From an uncultured delta proteobacterium (lineage in GTDB: Bacteria; Desulfobacterota; BSN033; UBA1163), in contig CAWHBU010000002.1 of the NCBI GenBank assembly GCA_963827685.1, forward strand, positions 704,001 through 768,000: 64,000 nt of DNA. The letters run 5' to 3'. The translations under genes were made by a program, and so were the position numbers. Within the stretch, counting starts at the first letter, position 1, and each line of letters begins with the position of its first letter. The notes beneath the pieces are model-generated. The model saw only the letters and a list, made by a program, of their open reading frames with translations. It made no database searches and had not been told where the DNA came from. This document shows, piece by piece, positions 27,892-37,591 of the stretch.

Positions 27892-29175
27892 TCATGATAC
27901 CAATTTCTCAGCTGGAATTTTCTTTAGGATTAGTGCCGTAAGCCTGCCACCAAATCCGTGCGCGTTAACAAGAACATTTTGAACCTGCTTCTTCAAAAAA
28001 TGATCCGGGACGTAATTAAGATCACACTCCGGAGAGGGGTTTCTAATATTTATCGTCGGAGGAATTATACCGTGGTTTATACTTAAGAGCGAGGAAATGA
28101 TTTGGAAAAGGCCAGTGGTTGAGAGAGAGTGACCTGTGTTAGGTTTCAAGGATGTCATTGGAATATTGTATGCCAATTCACCAAACACTTCTTTGATTGC
28201 TTTAGTTTCGCCGATATCATAAGATAGTAAGCCGTTTCCATGAGCGTTAATATAATCAATTTCTTCAGCACGCATATTGGCTTTTTTTAAGACTTGGCTG
28301 AAATTTAAACTCATCGTCTCATTATTCGTGTCCACTCCAAAAAGATTGAAGGCTTCGTTTAATGCAGAATAACTTGCTATTTCGCCGTAGATTCTTGCTC
28401 GTCTTTTCAAGGCATGTTGGAATTCTTCTACCAATAAACAACCCCCTCCCTCTCCCAAAACCATTCCATCCGCATTGATATCATAGGGTTTCAGCGCTTT
28501 CCAGGGCTCCTTATTTTCCCGCGAGAGAAACCCAGTGGCACTAAATAAAGCCTGAATGTAAGGTGTGATTGGAGATTCGCCTGCGCCAACGACGACTGCA
28601 TCCGCATCCCCAAGGCGAATCGCATTAGTCGCCAAATAAGCAGCATCCAGTCCCGAATTGCAACCGGCCGAAATCGTGGTGTTTGGACCTTTTAAATTGT
28701 ATTCGCAACTAATAATCCCACTTGCGGAATGTGTTGAAATGGCGACAACCGCATACGGATTGATTCTTTTCACACCTTTCTCCAGGAAAATGTTATGCTG
28801 AATTTCAATGACATCCCCGCCACCTATGGCCGTTCCAACAAAAACTCCCATCTTATAAGGATCTTCCTTGCAGAAATCTATTCCTGAATCCTCGACCGCC
28901 ATTCGTGAGGCTGCAAATGCGAATTGAGCAAATCTACTCAACCTCTTCGCAGTCTTATGATCCATGAAATCGGTGGGGTCGAAATCTGGTACCTCAGCAG
29001 CCACCTGACAGGGGTAAGATGAAGCATCGAAATGGGTTATTCTTCTAACGCCTGATCGGCCATGCACCAATGAATCCCAAAAGTTATCTATTCCAATACC
29101 ATTAGGAGCAACAACACCCATTCCTGTTATCACGACTCTTCTACCATCAACCAATTTCTTCCCCTCTTGGCTCAA
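27892..29175 (-). CDS. Stand-alone beta-ketoacyl synthase (FabF-like, divergent)
   Basis: RRVVITGMG, AGCNSG (Cys), NAHG (His), TGHS (His), GEGGG, GFGG; the start may be TTG 29154. Confidence 0.9.
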   Translation of the reverse strand: MSQEGKKLVDGRRVVITGMGVVAPNGIGIDNFWDSLVHGRSGVRRITHFDASSYPCQVAAEVPDFDPTDFMDHKTAKRLSRFAQFAFAASRMAVEDSGIDFCKEDPYKMGVFVGTAIGGGDVIEIQHNIFLEKGVKRINPYAVVAISTHSASGIISCEYNLKGPNTTISAGCNSGLDAAYLATNAIRLGDADAVVVGAGESPITPYIQALFSATGFLSRENKEPWKALKPYDINADGMVLGEGGGCLLVEEFQHALKRRARIYGEIASYSALNEAFNLFGVDTNNETMSLNFSQVLKKANMRAEEIDYINAHGNGLLSYDIGETKAIKEVFGELAYNIPMTSLKPNTGHSLSTTGLFQIISSLLSINHGIIPPTINIRNPSPECDLNYVPDHFLKKQVQNVLVNAHGFGGRLTALILKKIPAEKLVS

Positions 29176-29476
29176 GGAAATGATGCGTAAATGACAATGG
29201 TATTATTATAGACATTTTTGTAATTTGTCAACAATTTTGTACAGAATTTTAGGGTAGCTCCTTTGAAGCTAAAAAGTGAACAAAGTTATAAATCTCTTTC
29301 CTTAGTATCGGTTAGCTCTTCTTCCTTCCCTCCAATCGTTATTACGGTTCCAAAAAGCTTCGGTAAAAGGGGACGGAAAATTGATAAACGATTAAATTTG
29401 TGTTAAATTGTACTCACATGCAAGGTGCCCGCTTACGTATCTCTTCATGACATTCGAAGATATTTGAGGCCGATTA

Positions 29477-30892
29477 ATGACAAAGAAGTTTATTGTTCTC
29501 ATTCTTTCGGTCGTTCTCTTATTAGTGGTCCTCGTTCTAATTCGGTGGAGATTAGAGCCTGATATCAACCAGGAACGTTTCAAACCTTTTACACCCAAGG
29601 ACGTTGTTCGCCTTCCCCCCTTCAAACGGTTCATGGTGAACGCGATGCTGCATGCTGTTCGCTTCTCCGGTCGCTGGGACTATCCTCGTGTGACCGACGG
29701 CGACTTTCCAAACATGACCTTCGTGGATAAACTGTATTGGTTCTATAAAAGCCAATATCCGGTTTGCAGGGGAGAGCGGGGTAGAGACCTGGAGGAATTC
29801 TTTGCCCAAAATCGGCGCAGGAAAATCTCGCCTCCGTCAGGTTTTATCCCCCAACAGAGCATCACTCTGAGTGCAGTCGGCGACCTCATGCAGCACGATG
29901 CGCTCGCGGGGCAACACTATTCACCCTATCAAACCATTGCCGATATGGTTTTTTCCGCTGACGTATCTTTTGCGAATCTGGAATCGCCTCTGACTGGTCA
30001 AGATTTAAAGAACCTGTCCGTTCGAGAAGACGAATCGCCGGCGTTGTGCATGTCTCGTTCCCAGTTCGAACGACTCAAAGGAGACGGGTCTCGTCATTTC
30101 ACGGTAATGGCCACTGCATGCAACCACTCTCTGGATTTCGGCGAAGAAGGCGTTTTGACCACGAGATCCTCTCTCACAAAAGCGGGGATCCGCCCCGTAG
30201 GGACCAACGAAGGCGTAGAGGGAGAGGGGCGAGGAGAAATTATCGAGACAAAGAGTGTACGCATCGGATTCATCGCAGCCACCTTCGGCCTCAACGGCAA
30301 ACCTCTACCGGAGAACAAAGAGTATCTGGTCAACCGGATTGCGCTCAATCAGGTTTCAGGAGCGGCAGATCTCAGTCTGCTTGAGACCCAAATTGCCTGG
30401 TGTCGCCGCCTGCACTGCGATTTCATTGTGGCCTCCCTGCACTGGGGCCTTGAGTACGAGTTTTTTCCCACCTCGCAGCAGATTACGCTCGCCCACCGGA
30501 TTATTGAACTTGGTACGGACCTCATTCTAGGCCACCATCCTCATGTTATTCAACCCATTGAATACTACACGCCGAAGCGAGATCCGTACAGGATCGCACC
30601 AATCTATTATTCTCTCGGGAACCTCAGCAATCCCTTTGAAACGCCATTCATGACCCTTTCTCTGTTGTCCTTGATTGAGCTGGCAAAAGGAGCGTTTAAT
30701 GGAAAGAGTGTCACTTACATCCAGAAGGTTACCAACATCCCAATCATTCAGGAACTGCATACCGGTGAGTTATCGGGTATTGAATTCCGGCCATTGTTAG
30801 ATTCTCTTAATGATCCGACGGCAACACCATACAGGAGGAAGTTTACCCATCAGGCGAAGACCTACGCGGATCTTGTTCTGGGTAAAGACTAG
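29477..30892 (+). CDS. CapA/PGA_cap-family metallophosphoesterase with N-terminal membrane anchor
   Basis: AVGDLM, NLESP, ACNHSLDFG, LHWG.EY, GHHPHV, YSLGN. Confidence 0.88.
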   Translation: MTKKFIVLILSVVLLLVVLVLIRWRLEPDINQERFKPFTPKDVVRLPPFKRFMVNAMLHAVRFSGRWDYPRVTDGDFPNMTFVDKLYWFYKSQYPVCRGERGRDLEEFFAQNRRRKISPPSGFIPQQSITLSAVGDLMQHDALAGQHYSPYQTIADMVFSADVSFANLESPLTGQDLKNLSVREDESPALCMSRSQFERLKGDGSRHFTVMATACNHSLDFGEEGVLTTRSSLTKAGIRPVGTNEGVEGEGRGEIIETKSVRIGFIAATFGLNGKPLPENKEYLVNRIALNQVSGAADLSLLETQIAWCRRLHCDFIVASLHWGLEYEFFPTSQQITLAHRIIELGTDLILGHHPHVIQPIEYYTPKRDPYRIAPIYYSLGNLSNPFETPFMTLSLLSLIELAKGAFNGKSVTYIQKVTNIPIIQELHTGELSGIEFRPLLDSLNDPTATPYRRKFTHQAKTYADLVLGKD

Positions 30893-31417
30893 CGGACAGA
30901 AGGCAGGAGCTAATGACTTGGAGCAAGAGTCTGCTGAAATATTATGGGGACGATTCTCATTTTCATTTTAAATAACCAATCCTTACAAAATATTTTTTGG
31001 TCTACCCCTCTTTAACCTTCGAGCGTCTGTCGACCTTTTCAGAATATTCCTTATTGTTAGAAAATCTTCCCCTGATGTAGGCTTTGCAGGAATTAGTAAA
31101 CCGGCAAGACATAATTGCCGTCGAAATAATATGCACGCGTGCCTGTATAGACAGCAAACAAGTCGGGGATGAATGTTTCTTGCTGGCCGATGAATCAATC
31201 TCAGATCAATTTTGTAATAATGCAATGCATTTTACGTCACGGATGTATTAGGGGATTGGTCGTTTAACTTCAATTACTTTCTTGTCTATTGTACTCTTTG
31301 TCCATTCATTGATAAGAGATGGAATTTTCCATTAATCATAAGGGGTTACAAAACACCTTGAATGGATTAAGAATATATGCTAATTTTAGTTAATTGGTTA
31401 ATTTTGAGGAGAATAGT

Positions 31418-31657
31418 ATGCACATCGATGAAGACAAAAAATTTGATAAAAGAAACATTGTCATGAATATCAAGAACGGGATAGTTACCCAAAAGGATTA
31501 CGAAATCTTCCTATCAAAGTTGCCGGATGCAAGTGACAAACTATTTAATCCCGAAGAAACCTCGACTGATGAAAGCGAAATCGAATCAAAAAGAGAGAGT
31601 GAAATATCTTTTAAAAAAAGGGGGATAAAAAAGAAGGTAAAAGGAAAAGGGAAGTAA
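31418..31657 (+). CDS. Small conserved hypothetical protein
   Basis: GAGGAG then ATG 31418; FDKR..NIKNG....DY..FL..LPD pattern. Confidence 0.65.
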   Translation: MHIDEDKKFDKRNIVMNIKNGIVTQKDYEIFLSKLPDASDKLFNPEETSTDESEIESKRESEISFKKRGIKKKVKGKGK

Positions 31658-31658
31658 T

Positions 31659-32108
31659 TATCTGTGATTCAGACATTAGTCCATAGACCTCAGACATTAG
31701 ACCGAAGTGGAGGAAATGGCCAGAGATTATACAAAGATAAAGGCATGGCAGTTAGCAGATGCATTGGCACTCTTGGTATATAAGGCCACGAAGGAATTTC
31801 CAAAGAGTGAGATTTGGGGGTTGACATCTCAGATGAGAAGAGCTGCTGTATCCGTGCCAGCAAATATAGTAGAGGGCTCAGCCAGGAAGAATAGGAATGA
31901 ATACTTACAATTTTTATATATCGCTATTTCATCGTTAGCAGAATTGAATTACTACATCCGGTTTACAAACGAATTGGGATATTTAGACACCAATAGATAT
32001 AAACAATTATGGGCAACAGCTCAAGAAGGTTTGAGGACCCTGCAAGGGTTAATTTCTTATATCGAAAAGTCTGGTGTCTAAAGTCTAAAGTCCATTGTCT
32101 GAATTGTG
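31659..32108 (+). mobile_element. Four-helix-bundle gene cassette with inverted heptamer arrays and an 11-bp flanking direct repeat
   Basis: Five 7-mers at 31668-31702 inverted relative to five 7-mers at 32069-32103; AGGGAAGTAAT at 31648-31658 and 32109-32119. Confidence 0.65.
31707..32081 (+). CDS. Four helix bundle protein (23S rRNA IVP / Avd-like family)
   Basis: AWQLA...FPKSE.WGLTSQMRRAAVSVPANIVEG..R..RNEY.QFL.IA.SSL.E. Confidence 0.93.
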   Translation: MEEMARDYTKIKAWQLADALALLVYKATKEFPKSEIWGLTSQMRRAAVSVPANIVEGSARKNRNEYLQFLYIAISSLAELNYYIRFTNELGYLDTNRYKQLWATAQEGLRTLQGLISYIEKSGV

Positions 32109-32120
32109 AGGGAAGTAATC

Positions 32121-32459
32121 ATGCCAATTTATGAGTATCGTTGTAATCAATGCAATAGGGAATTTAGCGAATTATTTCTGAACCCTAAGGATATCCGTAA
32201 GGTTAGCTGTAAATACTGCCGTAGCCGAAACCTGACCAAATTAGTTTCTTCATTTCGTGTCCATCAAACTGAAGAATCGCGGTTACAAAACTTTGACACC
32301 TCAAAGCCCCAAGGGGATGAGTTCTATAAAGATTCAAGAAATGTAGGACTTTGGGCCAAGAAAAGGATGAAAGAATTTGGTGTAGATATGGGATCTAAAA
32401 TGGATGAAATTGTTGAAAGAGGCCGGACGGGAAAGATTCTTGAGGATTATAACAAATAG
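32121..32459 (+). CDS. FmdB-family zinc-ribbon protein
   Basis: MPIYEYRCNQC...CKYC. Confidence 0.88.
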   Translation: MPIYEYRCNQCNREFSELFLNPKDIRKVSCKYCRSRNLTKLVSSFRVHQTEESRLQNFDTSKPQGDEFYKDSRNVGLWAKKRMKEFGVDMGSKMDEIVERGRTGKILEDYNK

Positions 32460-32604
32460 GTTCAAAGTTTTGGGGTTAAGGTTACGGTTAAGATGCCCGT
32501 TTAGTTTAAGGTCAGAGGGTTACGTCAAGTTCTTAAAAATAACGACCTAACCGAACAAGGATACGGGCGTCGTTGCCCTTGCCGTTGGACGGAACTTATT
32601 TTCT

Positions 32605-33723
32605 ATGCAAGTGATGGAAGACAAAGACTATTATAAAATTCTCGGAGTATCAAGGGATGCTACCGAGGATCAAATAAAGAAAAGTTACCGAAAAATTGCG
32701 ATGCAGTACCATCCCGACAGAAATCCTGCTAATAAAGAGGCAGAGGAAAGATTTAAGATGGCTTCAGAAGCTTATGAAGTCCTTAGAGACCCTCAGAAAA
32801 GGGAGACTTATGATCGTTACGGGATAGAAGGTTTGAAAGGCACTGGGTTTACGGGTTTTAGGGGATTCGAGGACATCTTCTCCGCCTTTGGAGACATATT
32901 CGAAGACTTTTTTGGGTTCGGCACGACCGGCAGACGCAGGACCAGGGCTCGTCCAGGTGCGGATTTGAGATATGACCTCAAGATCTCATTCCGTGATGCG
33001 GCCTTCGGTAAAGAAACCGAGATCGAGATACCCAAGAATGTCCTGTGTGACGTCTGCAATGGAACCGGGGCCAACCCCGGGACTTATCCTACCCAATGCC
33101 CGAGTTGCAAAGGGACAGGACAGGTTACTCGCTCACAAGGATTTTTTACAATCAGTACGACCTGCGGCCACTGCCATGGTGAGGGAAATATCATTTCACA
33201 CCCCTGCAAAGAGTGCCGGGGGCATGGAAAGCTAAGAAAGAATAAAAAAATCCAAATAAAAATACCTCCTGGCATTGATACCGGATCTAAATTAAGAATC
33301 CGCGCTCAAGGAGAAGAGGGAGAAAGAGGAGGTCCTGCAGGAGACCTTTTCCTCTTTATTTATGTAGAACCGGACGATTTCTTCTCAAGGGAAGGAGATG
33401 ATATTATTTGCCAGATACCTATCAGCTTCGCTCAAGCTGCTATGGGAACGGAAATTGAGGTTCCTACCTTAAATGGTAAGAAGAATTTAGCCATCCCTAA
33501 GGGGACTGAAAGTGGCGAGATTTTGAGGATAAAAGGAGAAGGATTCACGAAAATAAGAGGTTATGGCCGGGGAGATCAAATTGTTCAGGTTATCGTAAAA
33601 ACCCCCAAGAATCTAACAAAGAGGCAGGAAGAAATATTGAGAGAATTTGAGGAATTGAGTAAAAAGAAGGATAAGGAAGGCGATGGGTGGAAAGGGTTGT
33701 TCAAGGCTAAGGTTGAAAGTTAA
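32605..33723 (+). CDS. dnaJ: Molecular chaperone DnaJ
   Basis: J-domain with HPD, G/F region, four CxxCxGxG repeats. Confidence 0.95.
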   Translation: MQVMEDKDYYKILGVSRDATEDQIKKSYRKIAMQYHPDRNPANKEAEERFKMASEAYEVLRDPQKRETYDRYGIEGLKGTGFTGFRGFEDIFSAFGDIFEDFFGFGTTGRRRTRARPGADLRYDLKISFRDAAFGKETEIEIPKNVLCDVCNGTGANPGTYPTQCPSCKGTGQVTRSQGFFTISTTCGHCHGEGNIISHPCKECRGHGKLRKNKKIQIKIPPGIDTGSKLRIRAQGEEGERGGPAGDLFLFIYVEPDDFFSREGDDIICQIPISFAQAAMGTEIEVPTLNGKKNLAIPKGTESGEILRIKGEGFTKIRGYGRGDQIVQVIVKTPKNLTKRQEEILREFEELSKKKDKEGDGWKGLFKAKVES

Positions 33724-33749
33724 CATAATATATCTTATCAGACACTATT

Positions 33750-34358
33750 TTGGAATCCAAGAATAAAATCACAGGCATTATTCTTTGCGGCGGTAAGAGC
33801 ATCCGGATGGGCGAAAACAAAGCCTTTATCAAAATTGAGGGGATCCCAATTATCAACAGAATTCACGACTTATTTACTGAGTTGTTTCAAGAGGTCATTA
33901 TCGTCACTGACCAAAAAGAATTTTTTACAAATTTTGACTCAAAAATTTGTCGGGATTTGATCCCCAATAAAGGCGCATTAGGAGGTTTATATACAGGAAT
34001 ATTCTTGTCCACTTTCCCTTATTCTTTTTGTGTTGCCTGCGATATGCCCTTCATAAAAGGAACCTTGATTCAATATTTAATTAGGAATATACAGGATCAG
34101 GATGTGATTGTCCCTCGAACAAAGGATGGTTTGCAGCCTTTGCACGCCATTTATTCTAAAAATTGTTTAGATCCAATAAAGAAGATTATTAAGAAAGGAA
34201 AGTTCAAGATTATCGATTTTTATAATGTGGTCAAAGTCAAAATCGTAGAAGAAAATGATTTCGCTTCCTTAGACCCACTCAGAGAGTCATTTATTAATGT
34301 GAATACACCGGAAGAATTGCTTTCTATTCGAAGAGATAAGGAATCGCCTTTAAAATGA
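33750..34358 (+). CDS. mobA: Molybdenum cofactor guanylyltransferase
   Basis: ILCGGKS.RMG.NKA, GALGG, ACDMPF, NVNTPEE. Confidence 0.9.
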   Translation: MESKNKITGIILCGGKSIRMGENKAFIKIEGIPIINRIHDLFTELFQEVIIVTDQKEFFTNFDSKICRDLIPNKGALGGLYTGIFLSTFPYSFCVACDMPFIKGTLIQYLIRNIQDQDVIVPRTKDGLQPLHAIYSKNCLDPIKKIIKKGKFKIIDFYNVVKVKIVEENDFASLDPLRESFINVNTPEELLSIRRDKESPLK

Positions 34359-36259
34359 AGAGGAAAATAGCTTTTTGTTTCGTTTGTATATTTCTTGCCT
34401 CGGGCCTTTTTTTTGTTCGAGAAGGTCACCCAAAAAGTATTACCGAAGATAAACAGTTGATATGGGTAGGTATCGGAGCGTTTAAGGATGGTTTTTATGA
34501 TGTTGCTGAAAAACAATTTACGAATTTTATCAATACTTATCCGAAGCATGAAAAGGTTTTTGACATTTATTATCTTTTGGGAAGGACTTTATTCATTAAG
34601 GGAAAATTAAAAGAAGCCAAGAAGGTTTTTTCAAAAATTATCAATGAAGGTAGTCATTTTGAAAACATGGATTATACTTTTTTGAGAATGGCAGAGTTGG
34701 AGATGAGGTTAGGCAATCGAGAGGAGGCAGTGAAACTTCTCCTCGCACTCATTAAGAAATTCCCAGCATTTAACCAGATCGATTATTCTTATTATCTTTT
34801 GGGACTGCTTGAACTCGGATCGAATCAATTGACTGCTGCAGAGTCGACTTTTAAGAAGGTCTCTCAGGGCTCGAAAAATGATGAATTGATTCGTTCCTCG
34901 GTTTTTTGGTTAGGCATCTTGTCCTTTAAGCAGAAACAATATGAAACGGCAGCTGGTTATTTTCAGACCCTATGGGAAAATCCTAAGTCTATTCCCCCTG
35001 AATACTTAAAATATGCCTTATTCTGGCTCGGCGAGTCACAATTGAAATTAGGCAGAATTGATGAAGCCAAACGCCGTTACCAGACATTTAATGACCGATT
35101 TAAGAACGATCCTCTCGTCCCAGAGGCCTCCTGGAGGATGGGTTTTTGTGAATACCAATCGGGGAATATCAAGAATTCCATAGAGACTTTCCAATTATTT
35201 AAAAATCAATTTAAGGATTCATCCCTTCTCTTATATACCCACTATTTGCTCGGGAAAATGTTCCTGATGAACGGCGATCCCCTCTCTTCGATAAAAGAAT
35301 TGAATATAATTCTCAATTCATCACAAGAAAATAGCTGGGGAGGAGCCTCCCTCCTTGCCCTCTATTGGGATTATGTCCAATTGGGTGAACTGGATGGAGC
35401 CAATCGAATTTTCCAGCGATTACAAAAACTAAACCATTTCGAGGATGAGAAATCGTTTGTTCAATGGTTGAATGCCGAAATGTTTTTTGCTGGTGGGGAA
35501 ATATTGGAATCCCTCCCGTATTATTTCAACGTTCTCAATACAGGATTTAGAGAAAAAGCCCTCTTCCAGATTGGAAAAGGATATTTTTTTGAAAATAAAT
35601 TTAGAGAATCCATTACCAATTTAGATATCCTGCTCCTTGAATTCCCAAATTCCAAATATCTTGAAGAGGGTTTATTTATTAAAGGGGAATGCCTCGTCAA
35701 ATTAGGGAATTTGGACCAGGCATTAGAAACTTACAGCCTCATCGCCCGACAAAATAGGAACAATTTTTGGCACCTATTTGCTCTCACTCAGATAGGAACC
35801 CTCTATTCATTTCGAAATGAACAGGACAGGGCCGAAAATGCCTTTAGGAAAGTGCTGGAGGATTTCCCCAACCATCCTCTGTTTTATCGGGCCGCGTTAC
35901 AATTGGGAAACCTATATTTTAACAAGAAAAATGTTGTTGAAGCCGCCCATTATTACTCAATCGTTCTGAAGGGAAATATGTTGGAATTATTTGGGGAGGC
36001 CTACTTCAGTTTGGGGGAAATATTTTATCAGCAAGGGAAATATGAAAAAGCCCTTAACAGTTTCGAAACGGCGATGCGATATTTGAAAGAAACCTCTTCA
36101 TGGTTTTTTCTCACTCATTTAGAGATTGGGAATCTAAAAAGGAGAGGGGGAAAATATGAGGAGGCTACAAAATCCTACTTGATCATCCTCGATCAATCAA
36201 AAGATGAAGAGATGAAGAACGCTACGAGGGAATTATTGAACCGGATGGAATCCCGCTGA
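34355..36259 (+). CDS. Secreted tetratricopeptide-repeat protein
   Basis: N-terminal signal-like segment; many YLLG/FWLG..A...F TPR helices. Confidence 0.85.
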   Translation: MKRKIAFCFVCIFLASGLFFVREGHPKSITEDKQLIWVGIGAFKDGFYDVAEKQFTNFINTYPKHEKVFDIYYLLGRTLFIKGKLKEAKKVFSKIINEGSHFENMDYTFLRMAELEMRLGNREEAVKLLLALIKKFPAFNQIDYSYYLLGLLELGSNQLTAAESTFKKVSQGSKNDELIRSSVFWLGILSFKQKQYETAAGYFQTLWENPKSIPPEYLKYALFWLGESQLKLGRIDEAKRRYQTFNDRFKNDPLVPEASWRMGFCEYQSGNIKNSIETFQLFKNQFKDSSLLLYTHYLLGKMFLMNGDPLSSIKELNIILNSSQENSWGGASLLALYWDYVQLGELDGANRIFQRLQKLNHFEDEKSFVQWLNAEMFFAGGEILESLPYYFNVLNTGFREKALFQIGKGYFFENKFRESITNLDILLLEFPNSKYLEEGLFIKGECLVKLGNLDQALETYSLIARQNRNNFWHLFALTQIGTLYSFRNEQDRAENAFRKVLEDFPNHPLFYRAALQLGNLYFNKKNVVEAAHYYSIVLKGNMLELFGEAYFSLGEIFYQQGKYEKALNSFETAMRYLKETSSWFFLTHLEIGNLKRRGGKYEEATKSYLIILDQSKDEEMKNATRELLNRMESR

Positions 36260-36299
36260 TCCGATTCGCTGCATTCGTTTCTCCGAGGGTGGTGAAAAA

Positions 36300-36764
36300 A
36301 TGGAATGGGAAAGGGTTGCCATTGAAAAGATGGGTATCAAAGACCTGGATGAGGTTCTCTCCATAGAGAGTTCCAATTCCCTCACGCGTTGGTCGAAAAA
36401 TATGTTTGTCGAAGAGATGCGAAATCCTTTTGCCTATTCTTTTGTGACAAGGATAGCGGACGGACCCAAACAACCGGTGATCGGTTTTATCTGTTTCCGG
36501 AACATGACAGACGAATCCGAGCTTCTCAATATTTGTGTGCACCCCCATTATAGACAACTGGGTGTTGGCAAAAAGCTGATGACATTTTATATTGATTTTA
36601 GCCTTCGAGAGGGAATGAAATGTTTTTATCTCGAAGTCCTTTCCTCAAATCAGTCAGCGATCCATCTCTACCAATTGTTTTCTTACCAATCATTTGGGAG
36701 AAGGAAGAAATTCTATCAAGGGAAGTTTGATGCACTCCTCATGATGAAAAAAGTCCAAACATAA
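36300..36764 (+). CDS. rimI: Ribosomal-protein-alanine N-acetyltransferase
   Basis: NICVHP.YRQLGVG, LEV..SN..AI.LY, RKKFY..DALLM. Confidence 0.88.
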   Translation: MEWERVAIEKMGIKDLDEVLSIESSNSLTRWSKNMFVEEMRNPFAYSFVTRIADGPKQPVIGFICFRNMTDESELLNICVHPHYRQLGVGKKLMTFYIDFSLREGMKCFYLEVLSSNQSAIHLYQLFSYQSFGRRKKFYQGKFDALLMMKKVQT

Positions 36765-36765
36765 C

Positions 36766-37581
36766 ATGCCCCTCCAGACGAACGGAACGGTTATAAAAAA
36801 TAGGAGAATAAAATCCCTCTATTTTATCTTAGGGATCTATTGCCCTCCGATTGCCAATCAAATCAAGCCTGGCCAATTCGTCATGCTTAAGGTTTCTGAC
36901 GATTGCTCTCCTCTCTTGAGACGGCCCTTTAGTGTTTACAAAAGCTACCCGGTCAGCCATCCGGAAAAGAGAAAAAGGGGCCGTTTATTCATCCTGTATA
37001 AAAAAGTGGGGAAAGGGACTCGAAAGATGATGACCTTGAAAAAAGGACAAAAGGTCGACCTCATCGGTCCTTTAGGAAACGGTTTCACATTACCTCCCCT
37101 CCCCTCTTCCACAAATATTCTTCTAATAGGAGGGGGGGTAGGCATCGTTTCACTATTTCCCTTGACAGAGGTATCAGGAGGCGGAAAATTATTTGTTTTT
37201 ATCGGTGGAAAGACTCAACATGATATTTTATGTGTGGAGGATTTTAAGGAATTCAGTTCAAATATTTTTATCGCTACAGAGGATGGAAGTCTGGGTGTCC
37301 AAGGAACGGTCGTTGATCTTTTCATATCACAAAGAAAAAAGTTTAAAAAAAATAAGAAATACTATCTTTATGCCTGTGGTCCAGTCGCGATGTTAGAGGC
37401 CCTGGCAAAAAACGTAGAATTCAAAAATTTTTTCTGCCAGGCCTCTCTCGAAGCAAGAATGGGATGTGGCTTCGGAGCCTGTTGGGGATGCGTCGTCAAA
37501 ACGAAACATCCTAAAACACCTTATCAACGGGTCTGCGAAGATGGCCCCGTTTTCCGTTTAAAGGATATCGTCTGGGAATAA
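36766..37581 (+). CDS. pyrK: Dihydroorotate dehydrogenase electron-transfer subunit
   Basis: PGQFVM, RRPFS, GPLGNGF, GGGVG, CGP, MGCGFGACWGC, VCEDGPVF. Confidence 0.93.
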   Translation: MPLQTNGTVIKNRRIKSLYFILGIYCPPIANQIKPGQFVMLKVSDDCSPLLRRPFSVYKSYPVSHPEKRKRGRLFILYKKVGKGTRKMMTLKKGQKVDLIGPLGNGFTLPPLPSSTNILLIGGGVGIVSLFPLTEVSGGGKLFVFIGGKTQHDILCVEDFKEFSSNIFIATEDGSLGVQGTVVDLFISQRKKFKKNKKYYLYACGPVAMLEALAKNVEFKNFFCQASLEARMGCGFGACWGCVVKTKHPKTPYQRVCEDGPVFRLKDIVWE

Positions 37582-37591
37582 GAACGGTTCT

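Noticed and set aside
29205-29231. Sigma-70 promoter TTGACA..TATAAT upstream of the ketosynthase
   Set aside because: Both hexamers are perfect but the spacer is only 15 bp; plausible, but not listed as a feature
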